Assembly (NCBI GenBank): GCA_964350585.1
Contig: CAYGKC010000004.1
Span: 1 to 56,900 of the forward strand
Reading direction: 5' to 3'
Source: an uncultured Gammaproteobacteria bacterium
GTDB taxonomy: Bacteria; Patescibacteriota; Patescibacteriia; 2-01-FULL-39-33
Length of the DNA: 56,900 nucleotides
Shown here: positions 1 through 8,035 of the stretch, piece after piece
Layout of the letters: each line of letters starts with the position of its first letter
Position numbering within the stretch: position 1 is the stretch's first letter
Notes under the pieces: model-generated
What the model saw: only the letters and a program-made list of their open reading frames with translations
Databases searched by the model: none
What the model was told of the DNA's origin: nothing
Translations under genes and position numbers: made by a program

Positions 1-1
1 A

Positions 2-379
2 GAAAGCTATAAAAGTATAAAAAAAGTTAATAATGCTATTGAAAAAATTTTTGGTAAAAGAGAAAAAAAAGAAAATAACGATTTTACTCAGCAAGTTCCA
101 AGGTTTTATTATAATCAAGGCATTCTACATAGGGATTTTTGTAAGGAAGTTTTGATAATTAAAGGAGAAAATACTCAAGAATATAGGCTTTTGGATATAG
201 CATTCAATTTGCCTATTAATGAAAGGATTGATGCATTAACAGACGGCGTAGAAATGAAATGGAGACAGGTATATGACACAGCCAGGAGATTGAATGAAAA
301 GATTAAGGAAACATTTAAAGTTGATAATTTTTTTGAAATTGATTTTGAGAATAAAAAATTATGTAGAACGGTTGAATAG
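2..379 (+). CDS. hypothetical protein, 5' end cut by the window edge
   Basis: The frame of the listed 152..379 ORF has no stop back to nt 2 (..ESYKSIKKVNNAIEKIFGKREKK..), so the gene probably starts upstream of the window. No recognisable motif. Confidence 0.5.
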   Translation, partial: ESYKSIKKVNNAIEKIFGKREKKENNDFTQQVPRFYYNQGILHRDFCKEVLIIKGENTQEYRLLDIAFNLPINERIDALTDGVEMKWRQVYDTARRLNEKIKETFKVDNFFEIDFENKKLCRTVE

Positions 380-419
380 TTGAGTAAAAATTACTCACCG
401 TTGACTCACTGGCCATAAG

Positions 420-452
420 GTAAGCTAAATAAAAAGCTTACTTTTTTATTTT
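420..452 (+). terminator. rho-independent terminator
   Basis: Stem GTAAGCT / AGCTTAC with an 8-nt loop, followed by TTTTTTATTTTT. Confidence 0.6.
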
Positions 453-462
453 TGAAATAATT

Positions 463-536
463 TCAAGCCATTGCCCTATCAGGGTTTCCTTCGGAGGGTC
501 GCCGAGATGGGCAATGACTTGAGATTTAGACCCTCC
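463..536 (+). promoter_or_regulatory. structured 5' leader of the HTH gene
   Basis: A 14-bp stem TCAAGCCATTGCCC (463-476) / GGGCAATGACTTGA (509-522) encloses a small CCT-TCGG-AGG hairpin. GGAGGGTC (493-500) is also complementary to GACCCTCC (529-536), which sits 5 nt before the ATG. Confidence 0.35.
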
Positions 537-540
537 TATT

Positions 541-942
541 ATGGCTAAAAATTATAACTACAGATTAATTTATGCAAGAGAAAGCTATACTCCCAGCGAA
601 ATAGCAAGGTTATTTAATTTAGACAAAAAGACAATTTTTAGGTGGGTTAAAGAAGGGCTGAGGCCTATTCAATTTCATACTAATCCCTTGTTAATAATGG
701 GGTCTGATTTAAAAGACTTTATCATGAAAAGGCGGAAAGCAAGGAGAAATTCTTTGAATAATGAGGAGTTTTATTGCTTTAAATGTAAAAAGGCGGTGAA
801 GAGCAAAGAAGATAAAATTTGTATTGTTCAATCAGATAAAACAATTGGCAAAAACAAGGCGAAACAATTGATTAAAACAGGGATTTGTGAATATTGTAAT
901 GGCAAAATTAATAAATATTTGAAGCTATATCAAAAAGATTGA
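541..942 (+). CDS. helix-turn-helix DNA-binding protein with C-terminal zinc ribbon (excisionase/regulator-like)
   Basis: SEIARLFNLDKKTIFRWVKEGL resembles an excisionase/MerR-type HTH. The C-terminus has CFKC...CEYC, four Cys. It sits directly upstream of a recombinase gene. Confidence 0.6.
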   Translation: MAKNYNYRLIYARESYTPSEIARLFNLDKKTIFRWVKEGLRPIQFHTNPLLIMGSDLKDFIMKRRKARRNSLNNEEFYCFKCKKAVKSKEDKICIVQSDKTIGKNKAKQLIKTGICEYCNGKINKYLKLYQKD

Positions 943-1005
943 TAGGTAATTCAGTTAGTCTCTTAAATGTCCACATAAAGCATATTAACTAATCGAAAGT
1001 GAAAT

Positions 1006-2124
1006 ATGGAAAAAATTAAATACAAAAATGAAACAATAAAAAGAAGATTTTATAAAGATTTTAATAACTCCAGGGGATATTCCGATAAGTCTATTTTATG
1101 CTTTAAAAAAGCTATTTGGCTATGGGAGGAATTTACCAATGATGATGATTTTATGCATTTTAGCAAGACAAAGGCTGAAAATTTTAAAAATTGGCTGAAG
1201 AAGAGGAAAAAAACAACTACGGAAGATTATATAAGTTTGAGTTATTGCTATGACGTTTTAAGGCACATAAGGCTATTTTTTGGCTGGCTTTCTGAACAAA
1301 GCGGATATAAGTCAAAAATAAATAAAGAAGCTATTGAGTATCTAAATTTAACAAGGGGGGAAATTAAAATTGCAACACAGCCCAAATCTAAGAAAATACC
1401 ATCCGTGGAAGAGATTAAGGTCGTTATTGAAGGCATAGAAGGGAAAAATGAGATAGAAATGCGAGATAAAGCATTAATCTCATTGATTTTAATGACGGGA
1501 GCGAGAATTTCAGCTGTAAAATCATTGCCGATTAAAAGTTTTGATAGAGAAAAGATGATTTTAGAGCAAGACCCTCAAATGGGAGTAGAAACAAAAAATA
1601 GCAAAAGAATTACAACATCTTTAATAACTATTTCTTATTTAGAGCCGAAGAAATACTTTTTAGATTGGTATGACTATTTGGTTAATCAAAAGATGTTTAA
1701 GGGGAATGACCCTATATTTCCAGCAACCAAAATTGAATATGGTCAAGATAATAATCTTGGTTATTTTAATACTGAAAAAGTTGAGCCCGTATTTTGGAAA
1801 AATTCAACATCTATAAGAAAAATCTTTGATAAAAGATTTAAGAATGCTGATATTCCATATTATCATCCTCATAGCCTAAGGCATTTGTTGGTTAAAGAAA
1901 TAAGAAAAATACCCTTAACAGAAGAACAAAAGAAAGCGTTAAGTCAAAACTTTGGTCATTCAAACGTGGGCACAACCTTTGGCTCTTATGGTTATGGCGC
2001 AATAGAAGATGATATACAAGTTGAAATTATTAACGAGATTGATTTTACGGGCCAAAAAACAAAACATGTTTCACTCAGTCTTGATGATTTAAGACAAATT
2101 TTAAAGGAAAAGGATAATGATTAG
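1006..2124 (+). CDS. tyrosine recombinase / phage-type integrase
   Basis: Catalytic-domain signature: TGARISAV (Arg), HPHSLRHLLV (HxxR), FGHSNVGTT, GSYGYG (Tyr). The N-terminal region looks like a core-binding domain. Confidence 0.85.
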   Translation: MEKIKYKNETIKRRFYKDFNNSRGYSDKSILCFKKAIWLWEEFTNDDDFMHFSKTKAENFKNWLKKRKKTTTEDYISLSYCYDVLRHIRLFFGWLSEQSGYKSKINKEAIEYLNLTRGEIKIATQPKSKKIPSVEEIKVVIEGIEGKNEIEMRDKALISLILMTGARISAVKSLPIKSFDREKMILEQDPQMGVETKNSKRITTSLITISYLEPKKYFLDWYDYLVNQKMFKGNDPIFPATKIEYGQDNNLGYFNTEKVEPVFWKNSTSIRKIFDKRFKNADIPYYHPHSLRHLLVKEIRKIPLTEEQKKALSQNFGHSNVGTTFGSYGYGAIEDDIQVEIINEIDFTGQKTKHVSLSLDDLRQILKEKDND

Positions 2125-2254
2125 CGAGGAAAATTTGCAAAAATTTATTGAATTGTATTACAAAAAATATTCTGTTAAGTTAAGAAGACAGGAGGCTTTT
2201 GAATTATTTTCGCAATTGGTTAGGATGGTGAAAATTGCAAATTCTCCTATGTAG
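2117..2254 (+). CDS. small hypothetical ORF (45 aa) overlapping the integrase stop
   Basis: The ATG at 2117 overlaps the integrase stop. Translation: MISEENLQKFIELYYKKYSVKLRRQEAFELFSQLVRMVKIANSPM. Below the ORF-track length cutoff, with no motif support. Confidence 0.2.
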   Translation: MISEENLQKFIELYYKKYSVKLRRQEAFELFSQLVRMVKIANSPM

Positions 2255-2384
2255 GTTAATTTTACTAATCGCTAAATTTATGATATTATATAAATGCATA
2301 CACATTCATATTCAAAGCGTTTTTTTATTGGCCAGAAATGGGCAACTAACCGAAACCATTAAAGAATCGCTTTGATTTGATAAT

Positions 2385-4085
2385 GTGTATGCACGGCTTA
2401 GTTGCCCCTTTTTGTTTAATAAAATGGAAAATCAACAAGAAAAACTTAAATATGTAATTTATAGACGCAAATCATCTGAGGCAGAGGATAAGCAAACTTT
2501 AAGTTTGGCTTCCCAAAAAAGAGAGCTATCAAAATTTGCAAGTCAAAATAATCTTAAAATCGTAGCCGATTTTGAAGAATCGCAATCAGCTTATAAGCAA
2601 GGTAGAGAAAAATTCGCAGAATTGGTTAAGATGATTAAAGAAGGTAAGGCAAATGCCTTGCTTGTTTATCATATTTCGAGATTGGCAAGAAATATGACGG
2701 ATGGAGGATTAATAATAGATATGCTTAAAGATGGCGTCTTAAAAGAAGTTAGAACTCCAGCTGAAATTTATGCCAAAAATTCTGGACAAGAATTTTTTCT
2801 AACATTGCAATTTGCAATGTCTAAAAAAAGTTCAGATGATACCTCAGAATTTGTTAAAAGAGACATTCAAGCTAAGTTGAATAAGGGTGAGTTGCCAAAT
2901 TTCGCTCCAAGAGGTTATTTAAATATAGACCCTAATGGAAAAATATCAGGTAAAAGTTATTCTTTGGAAAAACAAATAGAGCTTGGCAATTTGAGACGAC
3001 CACTAAAAAGAGTTGAGAAAGACCCAACACTTGCGTCATTAATTTTGAGGTTATTTGAAGAGTGTTCTACTGGTAGATATACTCTTGATAGATTAAGGGA
3101 TGAATCTTATAAGTGGGGTTTAACAGGTGGAAGAAGCGAGAAAAAAATTAGCAAATCAACACTTTATAGAATATTAACTAATCCCTTTTATTATGGTGGT
3201 ATACGATGGAAAGGAAGAATTATTGAGCCTTCGGAATTGCCAGAAGAAACAAAGCATGAATCTATTATAAGTAAAGAATTATTTGAAAGAGTTCAAGAAG
3301 TTCTTGGCTTAAGAAGTTTACCAGTTAGTAAAAAAAGATTTTATGTTTATTCAAATTTAATGACTTGCGGAGTATGTGGAGGAAATATTTCGGGCATAAC
3401 AGCAAAAGGCCATACTTATTATCGCTGTTGTAAATGCACTGGTTTGAGTTATGTGAAAGAAGATGAAGTAGAGGGTCAGACTTTAGAGAAACTAAAACAA
3501 CTTACTGCTGATGAAGAATTTTATCAATTGGCAATGCAGGAAGCCAATCGTGAAAATGAAAAAGAAATTTTGCAGAGGGATGCAATTAAGAAACAACAAC
3601 AGTTAGAACTATCACGTTGTCAGCAAAGACTTGATAATTTACTTCGTTTAAAAATATCTCCCGACAATAAGGATGGAGAACTGCTTTCTGATGAGGAATT
3701 TATCAATCAAAAAAAAGAGACTTTAGAGGAAATGAGAATAATTAAGGAAAAAATGGGAGAGATAGAATCTCAAGGTCAGCATTGGTTTGATTTGTGTGTT
3801 AGTTATGTTGATTTTATGAAAAATCTTGCAGATAGATTTGAAAATGGCTCGCCAGAGTTAAAAAGAGATATTTTTCAATTTATCTACTATAACCCATCAA
3901 TAACCTCAAAAACATTGGGATTTAATATACTTTCTCCCCATAAATACATTTATGAGTATAATACCGAAAGCAAGGCCACTATAACCACAGAAAACCCTTT
4001 AAATATAAGCAAAAAAGACGCTTTCGCGTCTTCTTGTTCAATACTGCGGACTGGACGAGACTTGAACTCGCAACCTCCCGCGTGA
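2385..4085 (+). CDS. large serine recombinase
   Basis: N-terminal resolvase-type domain with the Ser motif YVIYRRKSSEAED and LVYHISRLARN. Central recombinase domain (YRILTNPFYYGG), Cys cluster CGVCGG..YYRCCKC and a long coiled coil. The likely true start is ATG 2424 (MENQQEKLKY). The last ~13 codons are antisense to tRNA-Asp. Confidence 0.85.
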   Translation: MYARLSCPFLFNKMENQQEKLKYVIYRRKSSEAEDKQTLSLASQKRELSKFASQNNLKIVADFEESQSAYKQGREKFAELVKMIKEGKANALLVYHISRLARNMTDGGLIIDMLKDGVLKEVRTPAEIYAKNSGQEFFLTLQFAMSKKSSDDTSEFVKRDIQAKLNKGELPNFAPRGYLNIDPNGKISGKSYSLEKQIELGNLRRPLKRVEKDPTLASLILRLFEECSTGRYTLDRLRDESYKWGLTGGRSEKKISKSTLYRILTNPFYYGGIRWKGRIIEPSELPEETKHESIISKELFERVQEVLGLRSLPVSKKRFYVYSNLMTCGVCGGNISGITAKGHTYYRCCKCTGLSYVKEDEVEGQTLEKLKQLTADEEFYQLAMQEANRENEKEILQRDAIKKQQQLELSRCQQRLDNLLRLKISPDNKDGELLSDEEFINQKKETLEEMRIIKEKMGEIESQGQHWFDLCVSYVDFMKNLADRFENGSPELKRDIFQFIYYNPSITSKTLGFNILSPHKYIYEYNTESKATITTENPLNISKKDAFASSCSILRTGRDLNSQPPA

Positions 4086-4120
4086 CAGGCGGGTGCTCTA
4101 ACCAATTGAGCTACCAATCC
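4045..4120 (-). tRNA. tRNA-Asp (anticodon GTC)
   Basis: The reverse complement folds canonically: GGATTGG TA GCTC AATTGGTTA GAGC A CCCGC CTGTCAC GCGGG AGGTT GCGAG TTCAAGT CTCGT CCAGTCC G. No full CCA is encoded; the tail is GCA. Confidence 0.9.
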
Positions 4121-4146
4121 TTAATCCCTGTAGAGCAGGGAATAAA

Positions 4147-4491
4147 TTATTTTACCTTTTCAACAATTTTTGCAAATATTTCTGGATTCTTCCAAGCTAT
4201 TTCGGAAAGAATTTTTTTATCCAAACCGATGTTAGCTTTTTTCGCTAATGAAATAAATTTACTATAGCTAAGGCCATGTTCTCTTGTAGCTGCATTAATT
4301 CTGATAAGCCACAATGCTTTGTTTGTTCTTTTTTTTGCTTTTCTGTGTACATAAGCATTAACACCTGCTTTTATCACAGCTGTTTTGGCCAGCTTGATTC
4401 TATTTTTTAGCCCGCCTTTAAATCCTTTTGCTTTTTTAAGTATGTTCTTTCTTCTTTTGCTATGTAGAACTCCTCTTTTTACTCTTGGCAT
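4147..4491 (-). CDS. rplT: 50S ribosomal protein L20
   Basis: MPRVKRGVLHSKRRKNILKKAKGFKG.. is a typical L20 N-terminus. Part of the infC-rpmI-rplT order. Confidence 0.95.
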   Translation of the reverse strand: MPRVKRGVLHSKRRKNILKKAKGFKGGLKNRIKLAKTAVIKAGVNAYVHRKAKKRTNKALWLIRINAATREHGLSYSKFISLAKKANIGLDKKILSEIAWKNPEIFAKIVEKVK

Positions 4492-4525
4492 ATTTTTGCT
4501 TTAAAGTTAAATTATATCTTATCCA

Positions 4526-4723
4526 TTAATTATATGGCAACATTTTTATGATGTTTTTGGCATCAGATTTGTGGATGGAATCATCTCTCTTTTTGTTTCT
4601 TTTGGTCGATCCGCTTTCTCTGGCGTTAAAATGATCTTGACCAGCTTTTCTTTTCAAAACTTTTTTAGTCTTTGTTACTTTAAATCTTTTTACTACTGAT
4701 TTTCTTGTTTTTATCTTCGGCAT
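4526..4723 (-). CDS. rpmI: 50S ribosomal protein L35
   Basis: MPKIKTRKSVVKRFKVTKTKKVLRKAGQDHF-type sequence, in conserved operon position. Confidence 0.95.
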   Translation of the reverse strand: MPKIKTRKSVVKRFKVTKTKKVLKRKAGQDHFNARESGSTKRNKKRDDSIHKSDAKNIIKMLPYN

Positions 4724-4750
4724 ATTTTTGTATAAATCGCTCTGTTAAAT

Positions 4751-4772
4751 AATCCGCCGTAAAAGGCGGATT
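4751..4772 (-). promoter_or_regulatory. hairpin in the infC-rpmI spacer (possible L20 operator or processing structure)
   Basis: AATCCGCC / GGCGGATT 8-bp stem with a 6-nt loop. No U-run follows on the transcribed strand, so it is not a clear terminator. Confidence 0.3.
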
Positions 4773-4804
4773 GGCGCTTTGCGTCCAGAGCTATAATTAA
4801 ATTG

Positions 4805-5368
4805 TTATAAAGTTATTATCGCAGATATCTTGCTTCCCAGCTTTATTATTTCTTGTTCCATTTTCAATTCTTTGCCCTCAAGTCTGGTTGAAATTGCTTC
4901 AACTATCTTAGCTATGCTTTCTTTGGCAATATTTATGTGTTGATGTTCTCTGCCTTTCAGTAGCAGTTCTATTCTTACTTTGTCTCCATCTTCTAAAAAT
5001 TTAGCAGCTTGATTTGCCCTTACATCAATGTCATGCTGGCTTATTCTGCTGGAAACTTTTACAGTTTTTAATTCTACTGTTTTAGTTTTTGATTTTTGTT
5101 TGCGTTCTTGTTTTTCTTTTTGATATTTAAAACTGCCATAGTCCATGAACTTTGCTATAGGCGGAACGCTTTTGGGGGAGACTTCTACAAGATCGTAACC
5201 TCTATCTCGGGCTTCTTGAAGCGCCTTAAACTTATCCATCAAGCCAAGTTGTTGGCCGGTCTCATCAATAATCATCAGTTCGTGTGAAAAAATTTTTTCG
5301 TTTATTTTGAAATCTTTGGCCTGTTGCTTCATTGTAGCCTTTCCTCTGAAAGATCTTCGCATTCTCAA
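4805..5368 (-). CDS. infC: translation initiation factor IF-3
   Basis: INEKIFSHELMIIDETGQQLGLMDKFKALQEARDRGYDLVEVSPKSVPPIAKFMDYGSFKY matches the IF-3 N-domain and linker. The true start may be internal (MKQQAKDF, near 5332) or non-canonical, as is common for infC. Confidence 0.9.
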   Translation of the reverse strand: MRMRRSFRGKATMKQQAKDFKINEKIFSHELMIIDETGQQLGLMDKFKALQEARDRGYDLVEVSPKSVPPIAKFMDYGSFKYQKEKQERKQKSKTKTVELKTVKVSSRISQHDIDVRANQAAKFLEDGDKVRIELLLKGREHQHINIAKESIAKIVEAISTRLEGKELKMEQEIIKLGSKISAIITL

Positions 5369-5374
5369 TTTTTA

Positions 5375-5430
5375 ATTATGAATTAGGAACTATGAATTAG
5401 AGAAGAAGGACTTAATTCCTAATTCCTAAC
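5375..5430. repeat. AT-rich palindromic element 3' of tmRNA (copy 1 of 2)
   Basis: GAATTAGGAA (5380-5389) pairs with TTCCTAATTC (5416-5425). It shares the AATTATGAATTA[G/A]GAA and CTTAATTC motifs with the element at 13885-13952. Confidence 0.5.
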
Positions 5431-5442
5431 CCTTAATTGTTG

Positions 5443-5819
5443 TGGAGATGAGGAGCTATGAACTCCTGTCTAGAAGAAAGTTGCAATTGGGTTTACATGC
5501 TTTCGCTCTTTTAATTTTAGCTCATATTTATAAAAAGAGCAAAAAAATATGGGCTTTGTCCTTAATTTAAGCAAGAACCTCGGACAGATCCTTGCCGGTC
5601 CCGATGATATGACACCACTTATCGCTTACCGGGAGTGGGCGAGGTGATGGCTATTTGCCTTATTAGGCGATAGCAGGTGCGAAGGCTAAGCCGCTGAAAG
5701 CGGTTTTTACCTTAGCAAATAAGTTGTTTGCACTTATATATTTTGATGATATTTAACGAGATATTATCAATCTCGGCATGCTCGCAGGCAAAATGCCTTC
5801 TATCGAAACAAACATCCCC
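5443..5819 (-). ncRNA. ssrA: tmRNA (SsrA)
   Basis: The 5' end GGGGATGTTTGTTTCGA..GCGAGCATGCCGAGA matches the conserved tmRNA 5' region. The acceptor GGGGATG / CATCTCC has a G3:U pair, and the T-arm is AGGAG TTCATAG CTCCT. An internal tag frame ends in a double stop. CCA is not encoded (tail ACAA). Confidence 0.85.
5666..5731 (-). other. tmRNA tag reading frame: ANNLFAKVKTAFSGLAFAPAIA, then TAA TAA
   Basis: The resume codon GCA follows ..ATATATAAGT. There are 22 sense codons ending in AIA, then tandem stops at 5660-5665. Confidence 0.7.
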
Positions 5820-5820
5820 A

Positions 5821-6294
5821 TTATTTATTTTTTAAAGACCGGCTTATTTGTCTTTGGATTTCCCTATCTTTGATCTTTTCTCTCTTGTCAATCTTTGTTT
5901 TTCCTCGCGCAAGAGCTATATCAACTTTTATTAATCCTCTTTTAGTATATACACAAGTTGGCATAATTGTCAAGCCTTTTTGCTTACTTTTGCCTATTAG
6001 CTCAGATATTTCCTTTTTGTGCAGAAGAAGCTTTCTTGGCTTTTCTTGCTGGTAGTTTTGCTGGATTCCTTTGGCTGGTCCATAAGGAGCGATACTGCAA
6101 TTGATAAGCCACGCCTCATTGTTCTCTATTCGTATATAGCTTCCTTTTAAACTTATTCTTTTATTCTTAACGGATTTTACCTCAGGTCCCGACAAAACTA
6201 TGCCAGCTTGAAAAGTATCAATTATTTCGTAGTTGAAAAAAGCTTGTACATTCTTGACAATATATTTATTTCTTGTTGACGCTGTATCTTGCAT
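5821..6294 (-). CDS. smpB: SsrA-binding protein SmpB
   Basis: YEIIDTFQAGIVLSGPEVKSVKNKRISLKGSYIRIENNEAWLINCSIAPY and a basic C-terminal tail are typical of SmpB. The stop codon ends 1 nt before the tmRNA 5' end. Confidence 0.9.
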   Translation of the reverse strand: MQDTASTRNKYIVKNVQAFFNYEIIDTFQAGIVLSGPEVKSVKNKRISLKGSYIRIENNEAWLINCSIAPYGPAKGIQQNYQQEKPRKLLLHKKEISELIGKSKQKGLTIMPTCVYTKRGLIKVDIALARGKTKIDKREKIKDREIQRQISRSLKNK

Positions 6295-6335
6295 TTACTA
6301 TAATTAATGTATAAATAATTTAATCATTAATAACT

Positions 6336-7376
6336 GTGGCTGTCCAGTCTAAAAATTTAAACCTAGAAATTTCTTTAAAAACGATTTTTAGGATTTTACT
6401 TGTAATTGTTGCTGTTGCTTTTCTTTATTTTATCAGGGATATTTTAATAATTGTTTTTGTTTCTCTTATTTTGTCTGCCGCCTTTAATCCTTGGGTGGAT
6501 AAGATGCAGAAGAAAAAGATTCCAAGAGTAGTGGGGATTTTAATAATTTATTTAGTTGCTTTTTTGATAATCTCTTTTTCCATTTACTTGATTATACCAC
6601 CTATAACCTCCGAATTAAATGATTTGGTAAAGAATTTTCCTGCCAGTTGGGATAAGGCTTCTGTTTATATGCATGGTGTTTCGCAGTATTTGGATAGCAA
6701 AGGTTTAGGGGAAGGATTGAATAAAATTCTAAATACGGCGCAAAACAGTCTTGATAATTTTGCTGGTGGATTGTTAGGGGGAGTATATTCATTTTTTGGC
6801 GGAGTTTTTTCTGCTTTTATGATAATTGTTTTAACATTTTATTTTACTGTTCAGGACAAACAATGGAAGAAAGGAATGGAAGCTTTAATTCCAAGCAAAC
6901 ACAGGGAATATGTAGTTGATTTAATTGCCAGGATGCAAGAAAAAATAGGATATTGGTTGAGAGGGCAGTTATTTTTATGTTTAATAGTTTTTTTAGTAAG
7001 TTGGTTTGGCCTTACATTGCTTGGAGTAAAATATGCTTTGGTGCTAGCGATATTTGCCGGCGTGATGGAATTTATTCCATTTATCGGACCTTTTGTTTCA
7101 GCAGTTCCCGCAATTTTTATTGCTTTGACTCAGGCGCCTTTTTTGGGGCTTCTAGTTTTAATCCTTTACTTAATTATCCAGCAGGCTGAAAATTTGATTC
7201 TAGTTCCTACTGTTATGAAAAAGGCGGTGGGTCTTAATCCGCTTGTTATATTGATAGTAATACTGATAGGCGCAAGATTGGCAGGCGTACTGGGAATTTT
7301 ATTAGCCGTTCCGGTCACTACGGCAATAGGCGTAGCTTTAGGTGATTATATTAAGTATAAATATAATAATAAATAA
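6336..7376 (+). CDS. AI-2E family (PerM/UPF0118) membrane transporter
   Basis: Multi-pass membrane protein with the characteristic C-terminal block FIPFIGPFVSAVPA..QQAENLILVPTVMKKAVGLNPLVILIVILIGARLAGVLGILLAVPV. Confidence 0.8.
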   Translation: MAVQSKNLNLEISLKTIFRILLVIVAVAFLYFIRDILIIVFVSLILSAAFNPWVDKMQKKKIPRVVGILIIYLVAFLIISFSIYLIIPPITSELNDLVKNFPASWDKASVYMHGVSQYLDSKGLGEGLNKILNTAQNSLDNFAGGLLGGVYSFFGGVFSAFMIIVLTFYFTVQDKQWKKGMEALIPSKHREYVVDLIARMQEKIGYWLRGQLFLCLIVFLVSWFGLTLLGVKYALVLAIFAGVMEFIPFIGPFVSAVPAIFIALTQAPFLGLLVLILYLIIQQAENLILVPTVMKKAVGLNPLVILIVILIGARLAGVLGILLAVPVTTAIGVALGDYIKYKYNNK

Positions 7377-7426
7377 TTTTAAAAATAATTTTTTGCAGGT
7401 GACTGTAAAAATAAGGAGACAAAATA

Positions 7427-7969
7427 ATGGTTAATGTAAAAAACAAAAGGTCAATTGAAATGGCCGATGAAGGTGAATTTGGTGAAGCCCCCAAAAAAGA
7501 GTCCAGTGGCTTTACAAAAGGTCTGATTATTATAATTTTAATTGCAATTGTAATATTAGGCGGTTGGTTTTTGGCATCGAAGACTTTAGGTGTAGGTTTC
7601 TTCGGAACAAATAATATTGCTAAGGTTTCCAATGATTGGCAAGCAATATTTTTGACTAATGGCCAGGTATATTTTGGCAAAGTCAAAAGTGTAAGTAATA
7701 AAGCCATTGTTTTAAATGATATTTACTATTTGCAAGTTGTGACAAAACCTCTTCAAGGGACACAAGATAGCGCAGCTAATACTCAGGCACAACAAGAATT
7801 AACATTAGTAAAGTTGGGAAATGAAATTCACGGTCCTTATGACTATATGATTATAAACAGGGATCATGTTTTGCTAACTGAAAGATTAAAAAATGATTCT
7901 AGAGTGGTCCAGGCAATTGATGACTATCTTTCAAAAAAGGATAAGGGAGAATCAACCCCGGTTCAATAA
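7427..7969 (+). CDS. hypothetical membrane-anchored protein
   Basis: RBS AAGGAG lies upstream. One N-terminal TM helix (LIIIILIAIVILGGWFLA). No known motif. Confidence 0.55.
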   Translation: MVNVKNKRSIEMADEGEFGEAPKKESSGFTKGLIIIILIAIVILGGWFLASKTLGVGFFGTNNIAKVSNDWQAIFLTNGQVYFGKVKSVSNKAIVLNDIYYLQVVTKPLQGTQDSAANTQAQQELTLVKLGNEIHGPYDYMIINRDHVLLTERLKNDSRVVQAIDDYLSKKDKGESTPVQ

Positions 7970-7983
7970 ATTATTTATAAAAA

Positions 7984-8006
7984 AGCCTCTCAGGAGGCTT
8001 TTTTTG
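7984..8006 (+). terminator. rho-independent terminator
   Basis: AGCCTC-TCAG-GAGGCT stem-loop followed by TTTTTTT. Confidence 0.7.
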
Positions 8007-8035
8007 TTATGGATTTTTTCTGCTATAATACAATT

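Noticed and set aside
4034-4267. 77-aa plus-strand ORF spanning the tRNA-Asp gene and the 3' end of rplT
   Set aside because: It is fully explained by a canonical tRNA on the opposite strand and by the antisense of a highly conserved L20 gene. No motif and no RBS.
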